A stretch of DNA of 61,833 nt, the filler included. It is 9 parts of 9 records of this genome, joined end to end, with 100 filler letters (N's around TTAATTAATTAA, not from the genome) between each part and the next. Parts side by side here need not be neighbours in the genome. Positions count along the whole stretch, not along the records: positions 9,369 to 17,404 come from SRR15195285_186; positions 17,505 to 27,014 come from SRR15195285_188; 7 more parts are not named here. The stretch is one strand, 5' to 3'. The notes under the pieces are model-generated. The model searched no databases and was not told the DNA's origin. It saw only the letters and a program-made list of their open reading frames with translations. Position numbers and translations under genes: made by a program. Shown one piece after another: positions 13,201 to 24,300 of this stretch (its first letter is position 1; each line of letters begins with the position of its first letter).

Positions 13201-14092
13201 CGCTCTACATGGCTCAGCCGCAGAGAATGAGTCTTATCTTGTCGATTACGAGAACACTTTTGACGACTTCAACGAAATGGCGATTCAGTACGGGTACTTA
13301 GCGCTCTTTTCCCCGGCGTACCCACTTGCACCTTTGCTTGCACTGCTGAACAACATCGTTGAAATACGTGTTGATGCAAAGAAACTATGCTCGTCTATGC
13401 GACGACCTAAGTGGGAGTCTGCCGAGGATATTGGGTCGTGGATGACCGTACTGTCTGCCATCGGTTTTGCGGCAGTCATTGTCAACTCCACGATGGTAGC
13501 ATTTGTGGGGTCCAAGCACAGCATTCTGGGTGACCGAGGACTTGCAGACACGACAAGCGATGATGCAGAAGCATTGTTGGCAGAAGAGATGGGAGGCTTC
13601 AAAGCTAGGACGAAGAACTCTAACTTGTGGTTGTATGCAGTGGGGATCGAGCATGCTATGCTTTTACTCCGCGTTTTGGTTCTCGCAGTATTTCCAGATG
13701 AGCCAGCATGGCTGGATGATGCCCATGAGGTCCTAGACTATCGGCTAGGCAACATGAAAGACCAGGCAACAATTGAGCAGGAGAAGGAACTGCATGATGC
13801 GTACATCAAAAAGCTGGGCCAGTATAGCACTGCCGACCACGCGAATATGGAGCACCTCACAACGCGCTCAATAAAGGCACACATGGATACGATTAAGGCC
13901 GGACGCCCAATGACTGTTGAAACAGGGAAGTTGAAGGAAAAAACTGCAGTAAAAGTTGCCAACCCCCTGAAACAGGCCTTTGACAATCCAATGCTCGGCG
14001 AAGAAACGTCTGATTCCGACAGCGACACTGACGAGGGAGAAGGAGAAGAACCAGAGCAGATCGCAGAAAAGCAGGAGAAGGGAATGGATTAA
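10291..14092 (+). CDS. Anoctamin/TMEM16 family Ca2+-activated channel or scramblase
   Basis: Motifs PLDSIRDYFGDHVGIYFAWL, WENHRT..DYEDNLILKNF-VFQFVNNYFVLFYIAY and DFNEMAIQYGYLALFSPAYPLAPLLALLNNIVEIRVDA. Introns 10944-11037 and 12671-12781. An alternative start at 10234 with an intron at 10242-10301 is also in frame. Confidence 0.95.
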
Positions 14093-14104
14093 TCGGTTTC
14101 AAAA

Positions 14105-17100
14105 TCAACGTTCCGCATTCACCAGTTTGGGTACCCCCTCAGGCAGATCGATGGCCTCGCATTGCGTGCCATTTACTCTGTGTCTGAGTTCAACCACTTC
14201 CTGTCTAGAGGCCTCAGCGTTGCGAACCGCTGGCCACAATGCAAGCTCAGCTGCGATGCTCAATATAGAATCGTTGCCACTCGCAAGTTTTTGTACAGCA
14301 GCCACTGACCTGAGTTGCCTTCGCAGAGAGGGCGGCACGCCCAACTGGCGCGCATCAGTGATAGTCGGTCCCATGTCTACTGTTCTAGCGTGGTCACAAG
14401 CCTCATCGACGGCGGTTGCACCTGTGGATTTCGTATCAGCGTCTTGTGTCATCCAAGTGGCATCCAACTGCGCTGACAAACGCAACTTCTCTGCAGAAAT
14501 CAACTCAACCTGTTGCTTCCCTTGCACTACTTCCTGCCGGAGACGATCACATTCTATTCGCAAGTCCCGCAATGCAGTTTCTGCAACCTGATGCATTTGA
14601 CGGTCGGAAGCAAGCTGGGCTTCGTGCGCACCCTCTCTCTGCTGCGCCTGCTCGGTCGCGAACGACAACTCCTCGGTGGCAGCATTGAGCTGCAAGCGCA
14701 ACGCAGCCAATTCGCTACTATGAGTGGCACGCAATTGATCCATCTCAGTGCGCAAAAGCGTTTCGACCTCAGCTGATGAGCCTGTCAGATTCGTACGGAG
14801 CGTTTCTATCTCTGCCGTGTGGTTTGCACGTATCGACTGATTTTCAGACAGAGCGCCAGTGTACTTCTCCCGGACTTTTTCAAGCTCAGTGGCGAGTGCT
14901 TCAGCCTCTGATGCAGCCTTGACGAGCTCTTTCGAAACCTGCTCCCCTTTTGCAGCCAACCTGTCAGTCAAATTTTTGACCTTCGCCTCGGTATCTGCCT
15001 TCTCCTGCTCCAGCATTGCCACCTCAAGTTCCTGCTCTTCTACGACAGCACCCAGCCGTGCCTTCGTAGCCTCCAGCTCTGATACAGCCTTGTCATACAG
15101 CCCTTTCGAAATGTCTCCCGATTTTGCGTGCAACTCATGAATCATATCCTTAGCCTTTGCCTCGGCATCTGCCTTGCCCTGCCCTAGGACTGCCACCTCC
15201 TGCTGCAATGCAGCCGCTTTGTTTTGCAACGCTTCAATCTCGTCGGAGTTTTCTTGCCGCACCATCTCAAGCTTGATCTCTGCCTCGTCCACTGCGGTAC
15301 TCAATTGTTCTTCAATCGAAGCAACGTCGTTCTGGAGTGCTGCATTTGCAGCGCGAAGATCTGAAACATTCTTGTCGGCAAATTCCGCAGCCGTTCCTTG
15401 GTCACTTATTCGTTGCCTGAGTGACGCGATCTCTTGGTCCATTCTGCTGGCCAATGAAGTCGCAGATTCAAGCTTGGACTGCAGCAATTTGACATCTGCA
15501 CGGCATTGAGCCAGTTCCTTATCCTTCGCCTCTTCAAGGTCAACAGATGTTCTGACCTGCTGCAATTCTTGCAGTTGACCTCGGAGCGACTCCAGCTCGT
15601 GCCGTGCAGCATCACGCTGAGCCTCTATTTGAGCGATTGATGCACTCTTATCAACCGATTGTTCGGCTATAGCCGACATTGGGGTGGCCGCAGTGGTAGT
15701 GGACTCCGCAGCTGATAGGAGCTCTTCAGCCTGAAGACTCTTCTTCCACCTGCCAGTTTCGACGTCTTTCGGTCCGATGGCCAGCAGATCTTCAGCGACA
15801 CTGGCAGACTGAATAACTCGTCGTGTTCCTGTCAGTTCTTCTTCCACAACCATTCGTGTGTCCTGCTCCTCGGCAGCTCGCGAGGCGACGATGCTGGCAG
15901 CTGCGGCAAACATTGCTTCGTCTTCGTTCGGCACTCCAGCAACATCCACAGACACCACGAGCGAGGACGGCCACACCATCACCTTTGCTACCTCGCCTAG
16001 GTCGTCGAAACCGATGAACTGTTTGCCAATTGAGCCATTTTCTGTAGTTTTGCACAACGTCACCTTACCATCCATTTTTACGGCTTCGCCTACCAGTCGC
16101 GTCAGCTCAGAGAAATCTCTCGCCTCTAGTCTCAGCTTCTTCACCGCATCGACATACTGATTTGGCATCACCATCAAGATTACACTGCGAGCTTCATCAC
16201 GACGGGAATCCTCCAGTTCAGTGCGCTTGGAGTGCACGTATGCGTCCTTCGTCTCCCGTAAGTATTGCAGTAGCGCCGCATTTCGCATTGGCCCTTTTGA
16301 AGCCATTTGCTCGGCTGTACGACCGTATTTATTCGGCATTAGTAGAGTCTCGGGCCTCAGTTCAACTAGCTTACGCACGATATCGATTGGAGCATCGTGA
16401 CGCAACACTTCGTGTAGCGGCAGCATTCCTTGTCTATTTGTCTCAACGAGCAACTCGGGTGACTCGCGTGCAAAGCGAACAGCTTTGTCGAAGTTTCCGC
16501 TCACACATGCACGGTCGAGTGGGCCTTCGTCTCGAGCTCGAGGTGATCTCGTCCGCGTGCTCGAGCTAGTGGCAGAAGGTGATATTGCGCCACCATCGTT
16601 GTCAACCTCCGCAGCAGCAGCAGCAGCGGCTGCTGCTGCTGCTGCTATCGTGTCTAAGTCTTCTTTCTTACCACCTCCCACGGCGAGCGACAAACGGCGA
16701 GGAGCAGATGCAGCGATCGATAGCCGGCGTAGTCTTTTGGGCGGAGAGACATCATCGCCGCTACCATCAATACCACCATTGCCACCGCTGGTCCCGTCGC
16801 TAAGCTCAGACACCGCCGTCTCTGAAATGGAAAACTGAACGTCTGCGGCTGCAGAGAGCGCATCGAATTCCGCAGCGGCAGCAGCCGCCGCGGCCATCGC
16901 GTCTAGATCTTCTTTTTTGCCACCTCCCACTGCCAACGACAACCGGCGAGGAGCAGACGAAGCGATCGATAGCCGACGTAGCCCTTTGGGTTTACTCGTT
17001 TGCTCTTGCTCCATCGTTTCTAGCTCTCGTGACAGGATCCTCTCCTTTTCCTGGCTCTCAAGAATCGCCTCAAAACGACTCTGCACCGCACTACGCTCCG

Positions 17101-17404
17101 CCTCTAGCGAGTCTCCGAATTCCATAGACGCCAACACAAGATCAGTCAGACGGTGAGGGTTTGTTTCAAACTCTACCGCCCTCGACAGCTGGTTCCGCAT
17201 CGCCTCAATGGCGTCCTGTGCAGATGGCTGGGCAGCATCCTCAGTGCGGGGCTCCGAAGCTAAGGCCTTCGATGCAGTGTCCGCGGGCTGGTCAGATCCA
17301 TCGTTGGTTCCATCTGGGATTGCCTGCGTGGGCACCGGCTCGGGAATTGCTGATTCTGCCAAATTTCGCAAGGTCCGCGCCGGCCACACCATCACCTTCG
17401 CCTT
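14105..17404 (-). CDS. Ankyrin-like repeat + long coiled-coil protein, 5' partial
   Basis: Single long ORF open to the contig end. Ankyrin-like GMLPLHEVLRHDAPIDIVRKLV...NKYGRTAEQMA, a long heptad-rich C-terminal half, and duplicated RRLS-rich and AKVMVWP modules. Confidence 0.8.
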   Translation of the reverse strand, partial: KAKVMVWPARTLRNLAESAIPEPVPTQAIPDGTNDGSDQPADTASKALASEPRTEDAAQPSAQDAIEAMRNQLSRAVEFETNPHRLTDLVLASMEFGDSLEAERSAVQSRFEAILESQEKERILSRELETMEQEQTSKPKGLRRLSIASSAPRRLSLAVGGGKKEDLDAMAAAAAAAAEFDALSAAADVQFSISETAVSELSDGTSGGNGGIDGSGDDVSPPKRLRRLSIAASAPRRLSLAVGGGKKEDLDTIAAAAAAAAAAAAEVDNDGGAISPSATSSSTRTRSPRARDEGPLDRACVSGNFDKAVRFARESPELLVETNRQGMLPLHEVLRHDAPIDIVRKLVELRPETLLMPNKYGRTAEQMASKGPMRNAALLQYLRETKDAYVHSKRTELEDSRRDEARSVILMVMPNQYVDAVKKLRLEARDFSELTRLVGEAVKMDGKVTLCKTTENGSIGKQFIGFDDLGEVAKVMVWPSSLVVSVDVAGVPNEDEAMFAAAASIVASRAAEEQDTRMVVEEELTGTRRVIQSASVAEDLLAIGPKDVETGRWKKSLQAEELLSAAESTTTAATPMSAIAEQSVDKSASIAQIEAQRDAARHELESLRGQLQELQQVRTSVDLEEAKDKELAQCRADVKLLQSKLESATSLASRMDQEIASLRQRISDQGTAAEFADKNVSDLRAANAALQNDVASIEEQLSTAVDEAEIKLEMVRQENSDEIEALQNKAAALQQEVAVLGQGKADAEAKAKDMIHELHAKSGDISKGLYDKAVSELEATKARLGAVVEEQELEVAMLEQEKADTEAKVKNLTDRLAAKGEQVSKELVKAASEAEALATELEKVREKYTGALSENQSIRANHTAEIETLRTNLTGSSAEVETLLRTEMDQLRATHSSELAALRLQLNAATEELSFATEQAQQREGAHEAQLASDRQMHQVAETALRDLRIECDRLRQEVVQGKQQVELISAEKLRLSAQLDATWMTQDADTKSTGATAVDEACDHARTVDMGPTITDARQLGVPPSLRRQLRSVAAVQKLASGNDSILSIAAELALWPAVRNAEASRQEVVELRHRVNGTQCEAIDLPEGVPKLVNAER
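16607..16982 (-). repeat. Two diverged coding direct repeats (LRRLSIAxSAPRRLSLAVGGGKKEDLDxxAAAAAAAAE)
   Basis: Copies at about 16607-16732 and 16866-16982. The peptides are near-identical despite synonymous differences. Confidence 0.9.
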
Positions 17405-17504
17405 NNNNNNNNNNNNNNNNNNNNNNNNNNNNNNNNNNNNNNNNNNNNTTAATTAATTAANNNNNNNNNNNNNNNNNNNNNNNNNNNNNNNNNNNNNNNN
17501 NNNN
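17405..17504. other. Artificial contig-joining spacer
   Basis: 44 N + TTAATTAATTAA + 44 N. Confidence 0.99.
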
Positions 17505-18305
17505 AGCACACTGTGAGGTCTTGGCAGACACGGTCAGCCGTTTCTGTGGCCGCTACTGTCTCATATTCGCCCATTTGGAGCTCAAAACTATCGCATACTG
17601 TGAGACGACTGCATTCTCTGTCCCGTGTTGCGTTTGGTGCGAGTGACTCATACTCAGATTCTGGATAGTCGCAGACAGTTTGCTCAGAGCATACACGATC
17701 AGAGTCGTACTGCGGCGCAGTGCTTTGCCACTGCGTGTCGGTGCACACAGCAAGTGCAGCACACTCTCTATCTCGGCGGGTTGTGGCTGCTCTGAACTGG
17801 TACTGCACACTTTCGTCACAAACTGTCAGATCCTTGCATTGCCGATTGCGGGTTGCAGTTGCGGTACGGTTCTCATACTGAGTGTCAGAGCATACTGTGA
17901 GATTCGCACAGACTCTGTCAGAGTTAAGTGTTGCAGGGATCTCTTCGTACTCGGACACTGGGTAGTCACAAACAGTGAGGTCTTCGCATTCGCGATCAGT
18001 CGTATCGTTTGGATCGACTGTCTGATACTGGCTGTCAGAGCATTCGGTCCACGATGTGCATGCAACACCATCGCCCCAGTATCCAGCTGCACATTCACAC
18101 TCGCGATCACTCGTTGCTGTTGCAGGCCTGGTTATGGTGGCATTTCCATCGCACACTGTGAGTAGAGCGCACTCGCGATCGGACGTAGGCGTAGGTCCCA
18201 CAGTCTCGAACTCAGCTGGGCCGCATACTGTGAGCGTGCTGCACACACGGTCTGATATAATGGTTGGTGGTTGTGTTTCGTACTGTGTGTTCGTGTCGCA
18301 GACGG
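17505..18305 (-). repeat. Tandem ~25-aa Cys-rich coding repeats (TVC...EYE...PT.TSDR.C), TNFR-like
   Basis: About ten visible units in the translation, continuing to the contig break. Confidence 0.85.
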
Positions 18306-21300
18306 ACCACGATTGTGCAACCGCTACGACCGTCTGACTTGGGTCAACATACGCTAGCTCACATGTGACCACGCTTTCGTTGTACCCAGCAGTTGTGATC
18401 GTTCCCTGCGACCACTCATCACTGTTGCCATCCCAGAACTTGCAGACCAGGAAATCGTCATCTGCAATGCTCCGGTGCACGGTCATAGACACTAGTGCCG
18501 GATGGCTGATAGACAGCGCCTCAGTCGGAGTCGAGCTGTGCGTGTCAAAGAATGAGAAGCGGTTGATATTCGTTACCATTCGCGCCGAGGAGCAGAAATA
18601 GTCCACTCCGAAGGTCGTGTGCGCAAAATCAAAGCTTTTCGCTGCGGTTTCGATCGATTTTTCAATGTCGGAGAAGAGCATGCTTATTCGGTTCATGTCA
18701 TCGTACGAAAATGTGCCACCGTCAACAATGGACGTACGCTGCCCACGCACTTGGATGTTCTTTGTAGATGCCAGCTCTGCATTTGCTAGAGATGAGGAGG
18801 AGATCACTTTGGCATCCTCGTCTGCAAGAGTGCCGAGAAGCAAGCCATGCACAATATTTGGCAGGTCTAGGTTGTTGAGCAAAATGTTGCGAGACGCAGA
18901 TTCCAGACCTTCGCTGCATGCAAACTGACTCGCCTGTATAGTAAATCGGTGTGCTACCTTCATGACTTTCAGCGCAGTGTCAGAACTCATCCCTGCCGCC
19001 GCAGCAGCGGTTGCGATTGTAGTGTATGCACTGATCTGGACAGCCGTGGCATTTGAATCTTCTGGTAGGTCTGTGACGTTTGAACCGGCAAGGTCCGCAA
19101 GAGTACTCAAGTACTGATCAACATCGGACGATGACAACACAGTCTGCTGAAGCTGTTCATACAATGCATCAGTCAAGTCACAGACAACGCAAGAATCCGA
19201 CTGCATTCGTCGTCGCTCGCCTCCAGTGTCGGTACCATCAGCTTCGCCTGTCTTGGCTGACGCAATTTGGCTTATGGCGCTGAAATCACCAGTTCCAGTA
19301 GCAACCTCCAGATCACCTAAGGCAGAATCGTCTGTGTACGGCGCCTCTTGATTTTCAACGATTATGGTCGTGGTGGCTTTGCTGCCGTACAAATCATACA
19401 CGTCAGCCTTTAAGGTGATGTTCCCGATTATAGGCAACTTGAAGGACACCACGTTGGTACTGCCTGGTACAGTAATTGGGGTTTCAAAGCCCGTCTCGTC
19501 ATCTTTTATGGCAACTGAATACATCAGGGGTATGTTGCTGTCTTTCCAGCCTGCAAACCGAGCACTATATCTAGTTTCCATGTAGTAGCCAGAGTCGGGC
19601 TCGATGGTGGTCTCGCCACCTGACGGTAAGTCGTTCACGTAAACGGACTGCATGGCCATGCCTATGCTTTCAATCGCCTGGCCTTCACATACTGAGTCCA
19701 CCATCGACCCATCGCACAGTGTTTCAGTTACTTCGAGGGCAAAGGTATACGTCTGGCCTCCCTTCAACTGGTTTGGACCAACAACGAGGGCGACCGAAGA
19801 GTCACCATCCGCCATCTCGCCAGTAAATCCCCTGGGCAAATCACTCAGCTGTGAAAGGTCTAAACCAGCTGTTGTCTCAACCCATTTGTAAGACAGGAGA
19901 CCACCGTCCTTACCACTTCCAGACCCAATCATGTACAGGCTCTGCTCAGGCAGACTATATGCGTTGGAACGTGCCACGATGCCAACGTCCGGCACTTGTC
20001 CGGAAACCATGGTAATCGTTGCGGTGACTGTACTCTCCCGCGGGCCTGGAGATTTGAGCACATTCAGTGTGAAGATTAGCGTGCCCAGCCTGAGAGTAGG
20101 CGCATTGACATCGCCTGCAAGAATGGTGGTGGAGACGCCAGCGTCTCCAACGCCTCCGTGAATGGTATCACCAGCCGCGTAGCCGAGTTCTTCGTTAGTG
20201 TAGCAAGAATCTCCATCAGCGGTAGCACAAGACCAAGAATACAAGAACAGACTTCGCTCGCCCTCTGGTACCGAAGCCTCATCTGGGTCAAAACTCTCGG
20301 ATGCATCCAGGACAAAGTCATTCAGCTGCGACGCTACACGATCGCCACCCGAGATGACAGCAGTGACAGGGCTGGACTGCACTTGCAGCGTCACTTGTGC
20401 GAGCCCGTAACTGTCTGTGTCTGTTGCATCTGTGCCAGTCAGCTTGTACACGTATTCACCGTCGAAATCCAGCGACGGCGGACTCAGCGTGTTGGACCCG
20501 ATGTACAGTTTTCGCGTGTTCTTGGTTTTATCGTTCAGAGTAGTCGCTAGGTCAATGTCACTCGGTCCATCCAATATTGTCCATTCAAAATTCAGAGACG
20601 TACTCGCACCAGGGCACGATGACAGCTGCGCATCGCCGATCAGACGATTGGCTATCTTGTAGTCAGTCGTCTGAGTCGCAAGGCCGGCGATAATGACCTT
20701 CGGTGCCGGTGCAGACATTTTGGTGAAATGCCCTTCAAACGCAACAACCTGCTGATACGAATTAGTCATCGTAACGAGGAAGGTATACGTGGTGTCACCT
20801 TCGAGCAGTGTGCTGTTCACGAACACGAACGGCCCAGATATCGACGCAAGAACTTCGTTGATGGCTTCAGCGCCAGGGCTGTTCCAGTCCACAGCGTACT
20901 GGTAGGTAGCTGTGCCAATGGCAGGATTTGTGGACCCGGAACAGTCGAGCTCGAAGTGGTCACACTGGCCGATGATCGTCGGGTAGCGTACTTCCAAGGT
21001 CGGAGTGTCGAGCACACAGGCACAGTCGTCTGTTGGTACTTCGTCACAGTTAGCATCACCAGAGCACGGTGTCAAAAGCCGAGTTGCACCAGAACAAAAC
21101 CGCGATTCGATTCCATCGCGAGCGATGGCGTTGAGTGCGACGGCAATGGTGTCAAGGGGTGCAACGGTTCTAGTGGAAGGCTGGCCAAACTTCGCGTAGA
21201 GAACCACAGAACTTGACCATGCGCACAAGCTACCGTCACCCAAGGTCGCTGCTGTGCCCTCGTCTAGAATCTCGCTGCACGGGCGTTCTGCGTCGAGCAT

Positions 21301-24300
21301 TCCACCTCGATTTGTAGCTGTGTCAAACACAAGCTGGATGCCAATGCCACTTTTCGTGATGACGGCTTTTTCGAGCTGCGGAGGGTCAGCCAAAACCCAC
21401 TCGACCGTGCAAACGGCGCCGTCATAAACCCTTTCCGCACTTGTACAGCTCACAGGCGTATCAAGAGTTGCACTGGCTGCCGATTCTTCAAAATGGATTT
21501 CAATCTGGTAAGAACCAGCGAAAACAGCGCTGTACGTCATTTCTATCGCGTTTGCCACGACTACAGAGGTGAACTTTGCTGCCACAGTTTCTCGAGAAAC
21601 CGAAATGTCGACGGAGTCTGTATCGGTGGCCGCGTTGCCGTATTGGTCGAAGAGCGCCACAACGAACGATGTAACGGATCCCGTCTGTAGCCCACTCATA
21701 ACTTGAGACAGTGTCGATGTGGACGCATGGGGAAGATTAGGTTGGACAACAACAGCTGGCACACTGGCTATCTTCGCGCCGAGCACCCACAGATTAAGTT
21801 CGTATGGAGGGAGCGACGCAGCCTGCGTGACCACATACGAAACATTGTATGATCCGTCCATGTTATCAGACACAGCTGCTGTCGTGTTAATAGACTCTGG
21901 ACCTGAAATTTGAAGCACTAAATCTGCAGAATTTCCGCCAGCAGTGAGCTCGTTGCCGTACATGTCGCGAGTTGTCACTGTGAACGTTGATGCTTCTCCA
22001 GCTACGGCTTGGCTCATCCCTGTCCCAAAAGCTGTTGTAGTGGAGGGATCCATGTCTGCAGCGTGGACGTCCATCACGTAAGGACTCTCTGGCAAAGCTA
22101 CAGTCTTGTTGGGAGTTGCCAATGATATACTTGCAGAATACTGCCCAGATTGCCAAGCTGTCACGTAACACTGGAACACGGGCGAGATAAAAATGCAGCC
22201 GGTCTCTGCACCAACTACCTGCGCTGTAGCTTCACTGCCGCTTGCAACGACCTTTTCTACTGCAACCTGGATCTCGACGCCTGCATTTACGTTAGAAATG
22301 CCGTTGCCGAAGATGTCAGCCAGTGCCACTGTGAAAGCCGTCTGCTCTCCAGCGACAGCGGCGGCGAGCGCTTGAGTATCAGCTGAGGAGGTTGTTGCTA
22401 CTGGACCTGCTGGAGAAACTGTAGTAGTGACAACCCCAACCGCTGCAATTGTGGCCACTCCGTTTAGCATCGAGTTTACCGAAAACTCGAAGACGTAGTC
22501 GCCACTGACTGTTGCATAGAAATCCGCGTCATATATACCCGACAACCCGTCGGCTAGTTCTGTCGCGATCTCGACGGTCACATTCTCTGACCCTTCGGGC
22601 TGAGAAATGATGACCGCAGAAAACTGTGCTGGTTTCTCTTCATAGGGTGTCATCAACATATTTTGGTCACGCGCTTCGACTGTGAAGCCAGTGGAAACTC
22701 CCGCTACAGTAGTTGCAGGCATTTCAACAACGCAGTTGGCGGCTACAACGTCGCCGAAGTCAGACTGGAGACTTACCTCCAAGTCGCGGGTGGTTCCATC
22801 TATCACCAAAGAAAGTATGTGCTGGCCTTCAGACTGGAATCGGTATGTCACAGTGTACGTAGCCACGCTGTCAACGCTGCCCAGCGTGGCTGTTGATACC
22901 TCTGAAACAATCGCATAATTGTCATCTGTATTGCCATTCTCAATAGAAACGGACATGTCTGCTGAAGATCCTTCAAGCATGGGATTCGAGTACAGGTCGC
23001 GAAGCAAAATCTCAAACTGTAGATCAGTCCTATATTTTCCACCCTGTAGCCCAGGACCACGAAGCACACAGTGCCACGCCGATACTGAGGTTGCATGTGA
23101 AACATCGAGCGCAAGTGGGGAGTTGGCCATGTGGTTCGAAGCGAGAATTGCGTGTAGGGCATAGCTGCCGCTGATCTCTGGTGTAAATGAGACTTGCAGC
23201 TCGCCATCGGTTTCGATCGTCACCGAAACTGCTGCGTCGACATAAGATGTGCCTACCATGGTCCTCGCGTAGATGTTGAAATCCTGTGCATTCTCGGTAG
23301 TTTGCGGGTTGCCGTATCGGTCGTTTGTGAGGACAGTGAGCTCAACGGGCTCTCCAGCGGTACGGACCGTCACATCCGGGACAACCAGCGAAGACCCCAT
23401 GGCCGAAACAGCTCCCGCTGCAACGACAACTGCAACAGTGTTGGCCATCGTGGCTTCGCCAACAGAGAACGTGAGTGTAGCGCTGCCAATGCTCATTGTT
23501 CGTCCAGCGTCTGCCTCAGTGCTCGTGAAGTCAGCTCTGTAAATCCCAGGAGCGGCCTGCACAAGATCGGTACCGGCAGCAAGGTCCACCACGGTCATTT
23601 CACCTCGGGAACCAACAGCATGAACCGCATCGCCACCGGTAGTGAGCCTGTTCCCGAAGGCATCAAGGGCTTGCATAGTGATGCTTGTAATTTCACCAGC
23701 GACAATGCTTAGGTCCTCTGTACTGAAATCTAGCGTTGAGATATCGGCAGCTGTCACTGCCACAGAAAACGTACTGCCGTCCAAAATCGACTGGCTGTCG
23801 TACAAAACATCCAAAACGTAGATTCCGACGACAGTGGCTGTCATAGCAGCAGACCACTCGCCATACGTTACGGACAGCGGGTCTACGTCCTGGGCAATCT
23901 GTCCAACACCAATGCGATTTCCGTCGCTGCTGTCCAACGTGTACCCGAACACTCCTGGCACATCTTCCACGGCGTTACCTAGCATGTCAGACGGCCGCAA
24001 AGAAACGCCCACTATCGACCCAGCCACAAAGTCCTGTGTCGCCGTCCCTGAAATCGTTCTGACTGATCGCGTCAGGTGCAAGTCACCCGGGACAAGTGTA
24101 ACCGAGAACGGAGAGCCGACAGCGTCCATAAACTCTGTCCCCGCAAGTATACGAACGACAAGTTGGTACGTGCCAAGAGTCTTGGTCATGTAGCTAATTG
24201 TGTACACGCCGCTGGCATCCACAGCCATGGCTGACTTCGGGATGCCAACATAACGCGGGCCGGAAAGTGATGCATCAATCACAAGACCTCCCCCCACAAC

